From: a virus
Taxonomy: Duplodnaviria > Heunggongvirae > Uroviricota > Caudoviricetes
Virus record (IMG/VR): IMGVR_UViG_3300028591_000006
Location: 1-64,000 of that record
Length of the DNA: 64,000 bases
Strand: one strand, 5' to 3'
Shown here: positions 55,463-64,000 of the stretch, piece by piece
How the letters are laid out: each line of letters begins with the position of its first letter
Position numbering within the stretch: the stretch's first letter is position 1
Notes under the pieces: generated by a model
Seen by the model: only the letters and a program-made list of their open reading frames with translations
Database searches by the model: none
What the model was told of the DNA's origin: nothing
Program-made: the position numbers and the translations under genes

Positions 55463-57424
55463 CTATTTTCTCCATACATTTGCACAATAATTATCAAGGG
55501 CACCATTCATATAGTTATAAAGATATGTGCAGACATCAGCCTTACTTGTAAGGTGGTGATTGCCGCATTCATCAATATACAGATTATTAACATAAGAGAT
55601 AGACGCAAGGTCGAGGTCTCCGGCTGTAATTTCCATTCCCTTTGTACAGTAGATAGGGAACTTGAAGTTTACGCCATCACCTTCTGCATGTTTGGAACTG
55701 TTTACATAATCTTTATGCAGATTCTTCTTGTCTTCCATAATGACAAATCCGGATAAATCCATAGGAGCGTCACGTTTTACAGCGAATGAAGAATAAACCT
55801 GTTTAAGTGTTACAGGATTGCTGATTTCCCTAATAACAGATTCCTTTCCGTCATTAGTCAGGGCAGACACGATTTCCTTAGCATCTTTCTTTTCGATAAG
55901 ACCATTGAGAACCATAACACGTGTATCTTCTGCAAGGATTTCTTTCTGAAAAGAATTGAACTTACCTTTACGGAAAGATGTTCCAATCATCATAGAACCG
56001 TCTTCAGGAACTCCAAGGTCTTTGTCAGCTTCCATAAGTTTCTCAGAATCAACACCATAATTAGCAAGTGCATCACCAAGCAGAGCCTTTACAAGATACT
56101 TTTTATTGAAGTCAGCCTGCATATTGTTCAGACTGTCTGTAATCTCTTTAAGGTTTTCAACAGCGAGTTTAAGTGTTTCTCCCTTGTCCATATCTTCAAG
56201 CATTGTCTGAGATACTGTAAGGTAAGACCAGTCATTCTTTGTTATGTTATATCCGAGAGAACGTAAATGCAGATAGTCGATGTTCTTAAGGGCATTAAAA
56301 GCTGAGAATGAAACAGCCTTACATACTTTTGCAAAACGCTTATCCCAGGTAATTGCAGCACTATCACCAAGACTGCTTGGAGTATCTGAACTGAATCCAA
56401 TCATACTTGGCTGTAACTGAAGTGCTGAGAAAAGTTTCTGATACTGAACATCAAGGTCTTTGAGAGATTTAACATCAATCTCACCGCCAATGTTCTGAAC
56501 ATTTACACCCTGATTCTGTGTCTGCGGAATGATTACTTCAAAGTTCTGGTTATTACCACGTGAACTCATTCCGTCAGAATCATAAGATACACGTCTTACT
56601 TTCTTGAAAAGGTTACGGTAATAGTTAAGAACCTGGATTGCAGACTTACTGTAAACCTGACCACCAACATTTACAGAAATAATTCTATAGTAGTTGCTCT
56701 GGTCCATACGATTAAGGAGTAATGCATCTTCGATTATGTTTACATTTCTCCATGGCTTACTTGCAGCTCCAAGATAACTGTTGGCATAGGTGAACTCATT
56801 CTGAAACTGATTGCTCTGGTCATTGTTTGCACCACCAATAGTCATTGATGTATTCTGGGTATTACCGCCAAGGTTCTTGTAATATTCAAGCTGAGAATAG
56901 GTATATTCGTAAGAAGGAACAAAATCACCTTTCTCATTCATAAATCCGATTGTCTTTCCGGATATGATTACAGGGGTGATGGATGTAAAGTCAGGAATAG
57001 GCACTACCCTTTCAAGTACACCATCTTCATTATAAATGTGTTTCCAGGGCAGCTGACCCCACAAAAGGTTGTTATAGCCATCTGTAAGGATAAAGTTGTC
57101 AGCATTAATTTGGTCATGAAAAGCGTCAAGTTCCTGTTGAATTACTTCATAAGGTGTATTGAGTTCAAAAAGTTTGTTTTCAGAGTTTGACTGAAAGGCT
57201 GTCTGCATAACGCATTTTACAGCTGCTGAACAGATAGGGTCTTCATTCATTGCTGTCACATCTTTGAGCGAATTCAAAATAGATTTTGTCATCGCATTGT
57301 TGACAGAATAGTTCGGGTAATTATTGAATTCCTCTACCTTGTTAAAGAGTTCTTCTTCCTGTTCAGGAAATATAAAATGTTTTACTCTTGCCGGAAGTGT
57401 CTGTTTTGTTTTATTTGTAGGCAT
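55463..57424 (-). CDS. large virion structural protein (653 aa), portal-like candidate
   Basis: Size, Asn/Gln-rich composition and position in the structural block. SD is sequestered in a leader hairpin. Confidence 0.3.
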   Translation of the reverse strand: MPTNKTKQTLPARVKHFIFPEQEEELFNKVEEFNNYPNYSVNNAMTKSILNSLKDVTAMNEDPICSAAVKCVMQTAFQSNSENKLFELNTPYEVIQQELDAFHDQINADNFILTDGYNNLLWGQLPWKHIYNEDGVLERVVPIPDFTSITPVIISGKTIGFMNEKGDFVPSYEYTYSQLEYYKNLGGNTQNTSMTIGGANNDQSNQFQNEFTYANSYLGAASKPWRNVNIIEDALLLNRMDQSNYYRIISVNVGGQVYSKSAIQVLNYYRNLFKKVRRVSYDSDGMSSRGNNQNFEVIIPQTQNQGVNVQNIGGEIDVKSLKDLDVQYQKLFSALQLQPSMIGFSSDTPSSLGDSAAITWDKRFAKVCKAVSFSAFNALKNIDYLHLRSLGYNITKNDWSYLTVSQTMLEDMDKGETLKLAVENLKEITDSLNNMQADFNKKYLVKALLGDALANYGVDSEKLMEADKDLGVPEDGSMMIGTSFRKGKFNSFQKEILAEDTRVMVLNGLIEKKDAKEIVSALTNDGKESVIREISNPVTLKQVYSSFAVKRDAPMDLSGFVIMEDKKNLHKDYVNSSKHAEGDGVNFKFPIYCTKGMEITAGDLDLASISYVNNLYIDECGNHHLTSKADVCTYLYNYMNGALDNYCANVWRK

Positions 57425-57427
57425 AAA

Positions 57428-57478
57428 AGATAATACTCCTTTCGCTATATAAAATAATATATAACGAAAAGGAGTATT
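57428..57478 (-). promoter_or_regulatory. leader hairpin sequestering the SD of the 653-aa structural gene
   Basis: AATACTCCTTTCG ... CGAAAAGGAGTATT form a long imperfect inverted repeat with a 20-nt AT loop. The SD AAGGAG lies in the 3' arm. Confidence 0.4.
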
Positions 57479-57487
57479 GTTGCCATT

Positions 57488-58093
57488 TTAGAACGCATAG
57501 TATTCTTTTCTCAGAGCGTCTGCGTTTTCATCCTTACGAAGTTCAAGAGCAATGTCAAAGAGAGAATCATAGAAACTTTTGAGTTCAGCCTGAATAAGTT
57601 CTTCAGTAACAAACTGTTCCGGAGCAATTACGTCAACGTTCTTGGCATAAGTCCAGTAAACGTTGCCGTTGTCATCTTTGATACCAATTCTTGTTTCTTT
57701 TCCCCAAGGTCTGTCATAAGGGTCATAATTTACTTCCTTAAGCCAGAATACTTCACCTTCGATTCCGTGTGGAACTTTTCTTCCACGAGAAACAACAACA
57801 CGTTTTCCACGTGATACTTCATTACCCTGGCGGAGCAAATCTTTTTTAATAATATCTGTTCTTACACTCTTTGCTTTAGAAGACCACCATTCGTTGAGTT
57901 TTTCAAAAGAAAGGTCTTTTGTAGCATATCCGCCGCCAGCAAAACGTGTTGTGTCATACTCTTCGTAACCGAGAGTTCCATTTTCGAAATCGAGATAATT
58001 AGCATAGAAATCACTGTCATTATAACCATTGTGTTCACCAAGATAATAAACACAACCTACGAATTTTGCTTCCTGGTTTTCATATTTAATCAT
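57488..58093 (-). CDS. hypothetical protein (201 aa), structural block
   Basis: Minus-strand ORF. Confidence 0.4.
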   Translation of the reverse strand: MIKYENQEAKFVGCVYYLGEHNGYNDSDFYANYLDFENGTLGYEEYDTTRFAGGGYATKDLSFEKLNEWWSSKAKSVRTDIIKKDLLRQGNEVSRGKRVVVSRGRKVPHGIEGEVFWLKEVNYDPYDRPWGKETRIGIKDDNGNVYWTYAKNVDVIAPEQFVTEELIQAELKSFYDSLFDIALELRKDENADALRKEYYAF

Positions 58094-58141
58094 AATTTGC
58101 TCCTTTTCCGGTTTAAGGATAACCGGAAACCTTATTTAGAT

Positions 58142-58720
58142 TTAAGCTGCTTTCTTAGAGTTCTTTGCATGTTCAATAGCTCTGTATTTAATCATATATT
58201 CTACAAAAGCATCCCAAGAATTAAACTGTCTGTCAGAAGAATTGTTTATCTTTCCAACATGATATGTGTACCAAACGTGCTCACCGTCTGAATGCTTGCA
58301 AGGAATCATCCAGACTTCCTCACCATCTTCTGCAACATAAAGTTTATGACTATGATTGTCATTCATCTTTTCCATTTCAGCAGTTACTTCTTCACGAATA
58401 GCATTTTTAGCGTCACGTATAATTTCCCAATCGTATTCAACGTGAGCGAAGATGTTACAACCGCTAAGGATTTCCTGAGCATATTCATCATATCTGATGT
58501 ACTCAACCTGTTCTACGATTTTGCGAACTGTATCAAAATCAACTGATAAATCTTTGATGTAGCAATCTACGGATGTTGAATATCCACAGTCAGATACACG
58601 AGTTGAAACCATTCTGCTTGTAATTCCAACTTTCTTGAGTTCTGCACGGATAAAAGCACCGAGTTCTTTGTTTGTCATAGAATTGAATTTTGTTGAAACT
58701 GAATCATTTGTTATATACAT
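58142..58720 (-). CDS. hypothetical protein (about 193 aa; start trimmed to MYITNDSV)
   Basis: SD aaggag 8 nt upstream of the ATG at 58720. The track N-terminus translates the upstream terminator and U-tract. Confidence 0.45.
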   Translation of the reverse strand: MYITNDSVSTKFNSMTNKELGAFIRAELKKVGITSRMVSTRVSDCGYSTSVDCYIKDLSVDFDTVRKIVEQVEYIRYDEYAQEILSGCNIFAHVEYDWEIIRDAKNAIREEVTAEMEKMNDNHSHKLYVAEDGEEVWMIPCKHSDGEHVWYTYHVGKINNSSDRQFNSWDAFVEYMIKYRAIEHAKNSKKAA

Positions 58721-58788
58721 AATTTGCTCCTTAAGGTTTCTCTCAACCTTTCTGTAATTCATTATACTGTCTTGTATAACGCTTGTCA

Positions 58789-58843
58789 AGAAAAAAAATA
58801 AAAAAAATAAAAAAGTGCATTGTTTGGGTAAGAAACAATGCAC
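58789..58843 (-). terminator. strong intrinsic terminator downstream of the capsid candidate
   Basis: 11-bp perfect stem gtgcattgttt/aaacaatgcac (58815-58843) with loop GGGTAAG, followed by a roughly 25-nt U-rich tract. Confidence 0.7.
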
Positions 58844-58876
58844 TAGAGCAAAATTATGAATTAAGTAGGAGGCTAC

Positions 58877-60184
58877 CTAATTTACGATAACTTTAGTGAG
58901 CGAGTTGAATACGCCCTTCTGGTCATTGATTCCAAAGTCAGCAAGAATCTTCTTGCATTCAGAACCGATAACCTTTCCAACCTTATTTGTCATGTTTACA
59001 GGTTTTTCTGAAACAGGAACAAACTCACAGCAGTTGCTTACGATACATGCAATTGCCGGGTCTTCAATATGGAATGAAAGTCCACTTTCAAGTTCACTGA
59101 GCATATATCCTTCTCTCTTGAGAGAGCTGCGGATTTCTGACAAATCAGGAACCATACGGAACTTTGCTACGCTTGTACTGTTGCACAATTCGCAGAGAAT
59201 AGACTTATTTGAATCCATCTGGAATGTAACATCTGTAGCATTACGCAGATACTTCTGGAATACATTCTTATACTCAAGACTTTCATTCATCTTTGCAGAA
59301 AGAACGATTGCCGGAGTTTCATAAGCAATTACCTGTTCCATAGCTGATAGACACAATCCGTCAGGGTACTTGGTGTCAACATAGTTGTTGATTGCTTTTC
59401 TTCCGGAAACAGAACTGAAAATCTGTTTACCCTTTGCAGCATAAGGATTCTTTGTACGCATTGTACCTGAAGTAACGTTTCTGCGAGCCGGTGTATTGTA
59501 AGCAAAAATCTTGTTGCAGTCTTCTTCAAAGTTAATCTGATTAACCTTGTCGGCAGATGAACAGCAGAATACACCTACGACAGATTTACCAACATCATTG
59601 ATACATTCTGAACGTGGTGAAACGGCATAGTCATCAATGTTTGCTGAAGAACGGAGAAGAGTGAGTTCAACATCCATTTCAGCACAAGATTTCAGCGGCT
59701 CTCTGTCGTGGATGCTGTATGCTGAAAATCCATCAAGCATAACCAGAGCGTCATCAGCATTTACCATACGAGCGTCTTCATAATAAGAAAGAACAGCCTT
59801 TGGATTAGAACCTTTTACAGTCCATTTTCTTCCAGCCGGGTCTTCAAGAATAACAGAGTTTCCGATAACCTTTGTAGGAACAAAGAAAACATTATCATAC
59901 TTGTTCGACTTGATTCCTTCTTTTGTCTGAATACCGAAAAGTGACTGTACAATATAGCGGTGAAGAACTTCATCAAGACGACCTGATTCAATCTCCATAA
60001 TGTTATTCTTTTTCTGATTGTAAATCAAAGCACCGCCTTTGTCATTCAGTCTTACAGAAACAATGTTTCCTTTGTACTGAATGTCGTAGCCGTTTTCGAG
60101 TATTATTGCATCATCCACCAGACCTTTGTCTGACAGAGCTTTAATATAATTATCTGTACGAATCATTTGTTTTCTCCTTCGCAA
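58877..60184 (-). CDS. major capsid protein candidate (435 aa)
   Basis: Large ORF followed immediately by the strongest intrinsic terminator in the window, which suggests abundant expression. No sequence motif recognised. Confidence 0.3.
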   Translation of the reverse strand: MRRRKQMIRTDNYIKALSDKGLVDDAIILENGYDIQYKGNIVSVRLNDKGGALIYNQKKNNIMEIESGRLDEVLHRYIVQSLFGIQTKEGIKSNKYDNVFFVPTKVIGNSVILEDPAGRKWTVKGSNPKAVLSYYEDARMVNADDALVMLDGFSAYSIHDREPLKSCAEMDVELTLLRSSANIDDYAVSPRSECINDVGKSVVGVFCCSSADKVNQINFEEDCNKIFAYNTPARRNVTSGTMRTKNPYAAKGKQIFSSVSGRKAINNYVDTKYPDGLCLSAMEQVIAYETPAIVLSAKMNESLEYKNVFQKYLRNATDVTFQMDSNKSILCELCNSTSVAKFRMVPDLSEIRSSLKREGYMLSELESGLSFHIEDPAIACIVSNCCEFVPVSEKPVNMTNKVGKVIGSECKKILADFGINDQKGVFNSLTKVIVN

Positions 60185-60198
60185 TAAGATACATTTAG

Positions 60199-60221
60199 GG
60201 AAATTAGGGGAAAATTTCCCC
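60199..60221 (-). promoter_or_regulatory. perfect 9-bp palindrome/hairpin between the repeat protein and the capsid candidate
   Basis: attagggga-aaatt-tcccctaat, with a flanking tagggaaat direct repeat. Could be an attenuator or an operator. Confidence 0.35.
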
Positions 60222-60230
60222 TAATTTCTA

Positions 60231-62042
60231 TTAGAACATACCTTTGTACATCTTTTCGAGTGTTTCCATATTGCGAGTATTGTTTGACTTGATTTCTTTC
60301 TTTTCTTCAGAAATCTGACGCTGAGAACTCTGGAACAGTCTCTGACGCTCTTCAGCTTCGTGCATTGAGCGTAACTGCATTTCGTTCTTCTTAGCCTCAT
60401 TTGCAGAACGGATAGCCTGGCGTGTCTGTCTGTTAGCATTCATTACTTCTCTGCGAGCAGATGTAATCGGCTTTCTCACAGGAGTTGCACCAACAGGTCT
60501 GCGAGCGGCTGAAGTTACAGGCTTACGAACAGCAGATGCAACTGGCTTACGAGCAGGTGTTTCAAGTGGTCTGCGAGCAGCCGATGTAACCGGTTTACGA
60601 GCAGATGTATTGCGAACTTCGTCACGGAGACGTGAAGAACGAACAGGTTTACGAGCCATATTTGGTCTGCGAGCAGCAGATGATGCAACACGTTTCTTAG
60701 CAAGGTTCATACCTTCCTTACGACCTTCAATACGTGCACTTGCAATTTTCTTTGCAATTACAACTCTTTCGGCAGCTGAGAAGATATCAACTGATTTACC
60801 TTTAGATATAACAACCTTGTTATTCTTGAGAACAGTTGAGTAAGCACCCTTACCAGCATCAACATATGCTGCGGCACAGCAGAGAAGACCCTGAGAACCG
60901 TTTCTGAATGCGAATCCAACCTTACCGCATTTGATAACCTTTCCATTGAGAGTTTCAATTTCTTTTGTAGAATTGATTACCTTGTATACGTTGTAACCCT
61001 TTGCAAGGCGACTTGATACTTTCTGCATACGAACCTTTTTCTTGCTGTTTGTAAGAGGTACATCTACAACGATAATATCTTCATCAGGAACATCAACACC
61101 TTCTGCGTTAAGTTTTTCTGTCGTGTCACCAGAGTTGTTTGTTGCATCTTTCTGAGTAATCTGCTCAGGTGATGTTGCATTCTCTGGATTTCCTTCTTCA
61201 TGATATCCTGGATTTCCTTCACCAGTTGTTTCAGCAGGTTTATTTTTTGGGTCTGTTGCTCCACCGTTTGGTTCAAAATCTTCGCTTGACTTCAACAGTT
61301 TTGAACAGAACTGATTCTTTCTGTCTTTATTTGAACGGATGATTTTGATGAGTTTACACTCAATCTTTTTCTTCTTCTTATCTTCCTCTTCCTCTTTCTT
61401 TGCAAGGGCAGAAACGATTACCCAGTGAGCAGGAGTAAGTTTAGCAGAACCAACCATCTTCTTTACTTTCTTGAAAGCTGCAGACCATGCTTTCTTGTTA
61501 GCACTTGATTTGAGTACAACAAATCCCTTCTTGTACTTGTTAGATTTACTGTTACCGATTACGAGAACATCATCTCCAGGCTCAGCTGCGTCATCTTCAA
61601 TTTCAAGTGGAATTTCATCACAAGTATCAAATACAGTACATTCCATGTCATCAATAGTATCGTTGCGAATTTCATCAGGTGTCTGTTCAAGTTCAACGGC
61701 ACCATCTTCAGATACCATTACACGAACAGCTGAATTTGTAAGTTCTTCAGGAAGTTCCTCTTCCTCAGAGAACTCATCTTCAGCAGGTTCTTCTTCGTGA
61801 GTTTCATCAATCATATCACGAACTTCGTCAAGGAGAGCGTCTGCATCAATCTCTTTTTCCTCAACATTTGCTTTCTCAATTACAGCGTCAGCCAAAGCCT
61901 CGATTGCCTGAACTGCATCCACGATGTCTTCTTCTGTTACTTCGACATCGGCAAACTCTTCTGCATTAGAAACCTCGTCAATGATTGATTCATCAACTTC
62001 GAACTGGTCTTCTTCTGCGGACTTAATCAAACGTTTAGCCAT
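60231..62042 (-). CDS. highly charged protein with an acidic N-terminus and basic RKPV(T/A)SAARRP tandem repeats (603 aa)
   Basis: ARKPVTSAARRP, ARKPVASAVRKPVTSAARRPVGATPVRKPITSARR repeats. The N-terminal 150 aa are acidic. Confidence 0.5.
   Translation of the reverse strand: MAKRLIKSAEEDQFEVDESIIDEVSNAEEFADVEVTEEDIVDAVQAIEALADAVIEKANVEEKEIDADALLDEVRDMIDETHEEEPAEDEFSEEEELPEELTNSAVRVMVSEDGAVELEQTPDEIRNDTIDDMECTVFDTCDEIPLEIEDDAAEPGDDVLVIGNSKSNKYKKGFVVLKSSANKKAWSAAFKKVKKMVGSAKLTPAHWVIVSALAKKEEEEDKKKKKIECKLIKIIRSNKDRKNQFCSKLLKSSEDFEPNGGATDPKNKPAETTGEGNPGYHEEGNPENATSPEQITQKDATNNSGDTTEKLNAEGVDVPDEDIIVVDVPLTNSKKKVRMQKVSSRLAKGYNVYKVINSTKEIETLNGKVIKCGKVGFAFRNGSQGLLCCAAAYVDAGKGAYSTVLKNNKVVISKGKSVDIFSAAERVVIAKKIASARIEGRKEGMNLAKKRVASSAARRPNMARKPVRSSRLRDEVRNTSARKPVTSAARRPLETPARKPVASAVRKPVTSAARRPVGATPVRKPITSARREVMNANRQTRQAIRSANEAKKNEMQLRSMHEAEERQRLFQSSQRQISEEKKEIKSNNTRNMETLEKMYKGMF
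60430..60660. repeat. tandem 33-bp coding repeats (5-6 copies) encoding RKPVTSAARRP units
   Basis: Repeated ggtctgcgagcRgcYgaWgtWacMggYttWcgaRcag units inside 60231..62042. Confidence 0.5.
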
Positions 62043-62127
62043 TTTACTCCTCCATGGATATAAAAATAGTATTGTTATTATAAATATATAAATGAATGTA
62101 TAGAGAAATAAGAAATAACTGTGTTAA

Positions 62128-62160
62128 AAAGCAAAGGGCGACAGTCACAAAGACCATCGC
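62128..62160 (-). terminator. intrinsic terminator downstream of 62206..62541
   Basis: Stem agggcga/tcgccct followed by a U-rich tract on the minus strand. Confidence 0.4.
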
Positions 62161-62205
62161 CCTCAGATACTGTTTGTACACATGGTACATCAGCTAATTA
62201 TAAGA

Positions 62206-62541
62206 TTAATATCGTAACTCGAATCCTGTAAGTTCTGCAAATTTGTTGCATTTTTCTTCAAAATCTTCGATTTCTTCAGGATTTCCCACAAAAGCAACAT
62301 CAGATGCCATATAATTAAATTGTGGTTCAACTAAACTTAAAGCATCATCACCAAATGCTTCATATGCGGCATTTTCTATGGCAACTTGCCATATAGCACC
62401 ACAATCAATCGAACCAAATTCATTTTTACATTCATCAATAGCATTGGAAAGAATCTCATCATCCATACTTCCAAAGCATGATTCTATATCGAGTTCTCCA
62501 CAACCGATAATATTAGATAATATAAATTCTGCTGTTGTCAT
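62206..62541 (-). CDS. small acidic protein (111 aa)
   Basis: Minus-strand ORF with an SD. Followed by a terminator. Confidence 0.45.
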   Translation of the reverse strand: MTTAEFILSNIIGCGELDIESCFGSMDDEILSNAIDECKNEFGSIDCGAIWQVAIENAAYEAFGDDALSLVEPQFNYMASDVAFVGNPEEIEDFEEKCNKFAELTGFELRY

Positions 62542-62552
62542 TCATATTCTCC

Positions 62553-62882
62553 TTACAAGCCATAATTAATTATAACGTACTGTTCATCAGGGTCACCAAC
62601 AACATAATAACCATTCTCTTCAATCCATTCATCAACACTCATACCATTAAGATTGTAATTAGATTCAATCTCGTTATAAGGTTTGATTTCACCATTAATG
62701 GCAATATTATCAACAATATATGACGGTGTATTATATTCAGGTTTAAGCCAACCCATTTCTTCAAGGTCATCAAATATACCCCACCATACCGATTCCGGAT
62801 AATACTTGTCATATCCATATTGCTGTACTCTTTCCCAGAGCATGTCTTTGAATGTGTCGTCATCAACTTCCATAGTAACCAT
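62553..62882 (-). CDS. hypothetical protein (109 aa)
   Basis: Minus-strand ORF. Confidence 0.45.
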   Translation of the reverse strand: MVTMEVDDDTFKDMLWERVQQYGYDKYYPESVWWGIFDDLEEMGWLKPEYNTPSYIVDNIAINGEIKPYNEIESNYNLNGMSVDEWIEENGYYVVGDPDEQYVIINYGL

Positions 62883-62902
62883 AATTTTATATCTCCTTTG
62901 CT

Positions 62903-63631
62903 TTATGCAATATATGTTACAAGGGATTTATTACTAAATTCCTCTTTATCCTTAGCCAGTTTGTCCTGCCAGTATTTGGCAACGCCTTCAGCTTCCTTAC
63001 CTACACCAAGTGCCTGTGCCCCCATCTGCATTTCTGCATTAAACAGATTACAGAGGTCATACAGTACATCTTTAAGTGCAGCGTATTCAAAGTCGTACAG
63101 ATACCAGAACTCATCATCACGGTCAAGACTTGGGAGATATTCAACCCTAAGCATTCCGACCTTTCTGACCTGAAGTAACTGTCTTCCTTCTTCATCTTTG
63201 GGCCAGAGTTCACAATCGCCATCAAGTTCAAGCTGCCTTATCATACCATTCAGATTAGAACGGAGAGCGATATAGTCATAGACACTTGAAAGGCTTGTAA
63301 AACTATTGCCGCCAATAATCAGGGGTAACAGACCAACTTCTGGAAGAATAGTATTGAACTGTTCATCAAAGTTGTCCTGATAGTACACGTTATTGATAAC
63401 CGCTATTTTCTGATTAGATACATCAACAAAATGTCCGCCTTTATAGTTGATGATATTCTCAGGCTTTATAAGAAGTGGTCTTGGTGTAAAGATAGCTTCA
63501 TCAAGCCAGGAAAGAGCCTGCTGAAACTGGTCTTCATAGTCTTCCCTGTCGAGCATTGATGCTATCTTCTTGAACCTTGATGTTCCTTCCGTGAGAATCT
63601 GTTCTTTCGTATACTTCTTCAATGAAATCAT
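62903..63631 (-). CDS. hypothetical protein (242 aa)
   Basis: Minus-strand ORF. Confidence 0.45.
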   Translation of the reverse strand: MISLKKYTKEQILTEGTSRFKKIASMLDREDYEDQFQQALSWLDEAIFTPRPLLIKPENIINYKGGHFVDVSNQKIAVINNVYYQDNFDEQFNTILPEVGLLPLIIGGNSFTSLSSVYDYIALRSNLNGMIRQLELDGDCELWPKDEEGRQLLQVRKVGMLRVEYLPSLDRDDEFWYLYDFEYAALKDVLYDLCNLFNAEMQMGAQALGVGKEAEGVAKYWQDKLAKDKEEFSNKSLVTYIA

Positions 63632-63874
63632 TTATTTCTCCAGCGGACTTACAAAACCTGATTTGGAACGTTTTGCAATTTTATCAGCTTCCTGTTTACT
63701 GTCGAAAATCTTAATGGAAGGTCGAGAATAATTATTTTCATCATAGAAACAGTTGTCTTCACAATAATAAAGTTTAGAACCATCATTCATTGTCTTACCT
63801 ACTATAAAAGACTGATTGACTGGTTCTTCTTTGTGTAATTTTACCTTGAAACCATCCTGTTTGAATCCCATCAT
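63632..63874 (-). CDS. hypothetical protein (80 aa)
   Basis: Minus-strand ORF. Confidence 0.35.
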   Translation of the reverse strand: MMGFKQDGFKVKLHKEEPVNQSFIVGKTMNDGSKLYYCEDNCFYDENNYSRPSIKIFDSKQEADKIAKRSKSGFVSPLEK

Positions 63875-64000
63875 TTCATCAAAATCTTCAGTAACATAAG
63901 GTTCATCAATACCGGGTCTATAAATATCCCATTTCTTACCTTTCCAAGGTTTATCAGATGATTTGATTGGTTTGCGAGAAGATGTAAGATTATTTGGATA

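Noticed and set aside
60221-60439. ORF 60221..60439 overlapping the 3' end of the repeat-protein gene
   Set aside because: It is an out-of-frame overlap with a long supported gene and lies in a repeat region.
1-64000. Stop-codon reassignment (alternative genetic code), as seen in some gut phages
   Set aside because: Many very long ORFs (1102, 671, 653, 618 aa) are uninterrupted in the standard code.

Overview
Phage-like window, about 35% GC, with nearly all genes on the minus strand and Shine-Dalgarno-dependent starts. This suggests a host that uses SD sequences rather than a Bacteroides-type host. The gene content is a T4-like DNA-metabolism core: gp32-like SSB, UvsX, a UvsY-like protein, clamp loader, clamp, compact family-B polymerase, SbcD, Rad50/SbcC (apparently split into two ORFs), DnaB, an SNF2 helicase, an AEP-like primase, GroES and two sigma-like factors. 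TerL and an adjacent HNH gene sit at 10.4-12.7 kb, and a probable virion block lies at 51-64 kb. Homing elements are dense: an intact HINT+LAGLIDADG intein sits exactly at the catalytic Cys of a CHAP endolysin, and there is a free-standing intein-derived HINT+LAGLIDADG gene. There are also two GIY-YIG homing endonucleases, an HNH-AP2 homing endonuclease, a small HNH and a PD-(D/E)xK nuclease. Regulation appears to use two promoter classes. A phage-specific motif, CTGAGAAT-N13-TATAAT-TAA, occurs about 19 times upstream of minus-strand genes. Two sigma70-type TTGACA/TGnTATAAT promoters that share an identical 19-mer drive the only two plus-strand cassettes. The most unusual feature is a tandem array of three promoter - 60-85 nt transcript - intrinsic-terminator units directly downstream of TerL (9969-10301), with a fourth copy at 47613-47707. 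Three of their terminator loops carry UACUCCU (ACUCCUA in the fourth copy, a 6/7 match), complementary to a conserved junction module AAGGAGUAACUAUG that is reused by several early genes. The remaining unit carries CACCUCCU. These are candidate anti-SD small RNAs. Also notable are an SPFH/band-7 protein fused in frame to an upstream domain, an 89-nt tRNA(UUG) with a long variable arm, a three-member MFEKE paralog family, several promoters whose -10 box abuts the ATG (leaderless-type), and a 1102-aa highly acidic protein.
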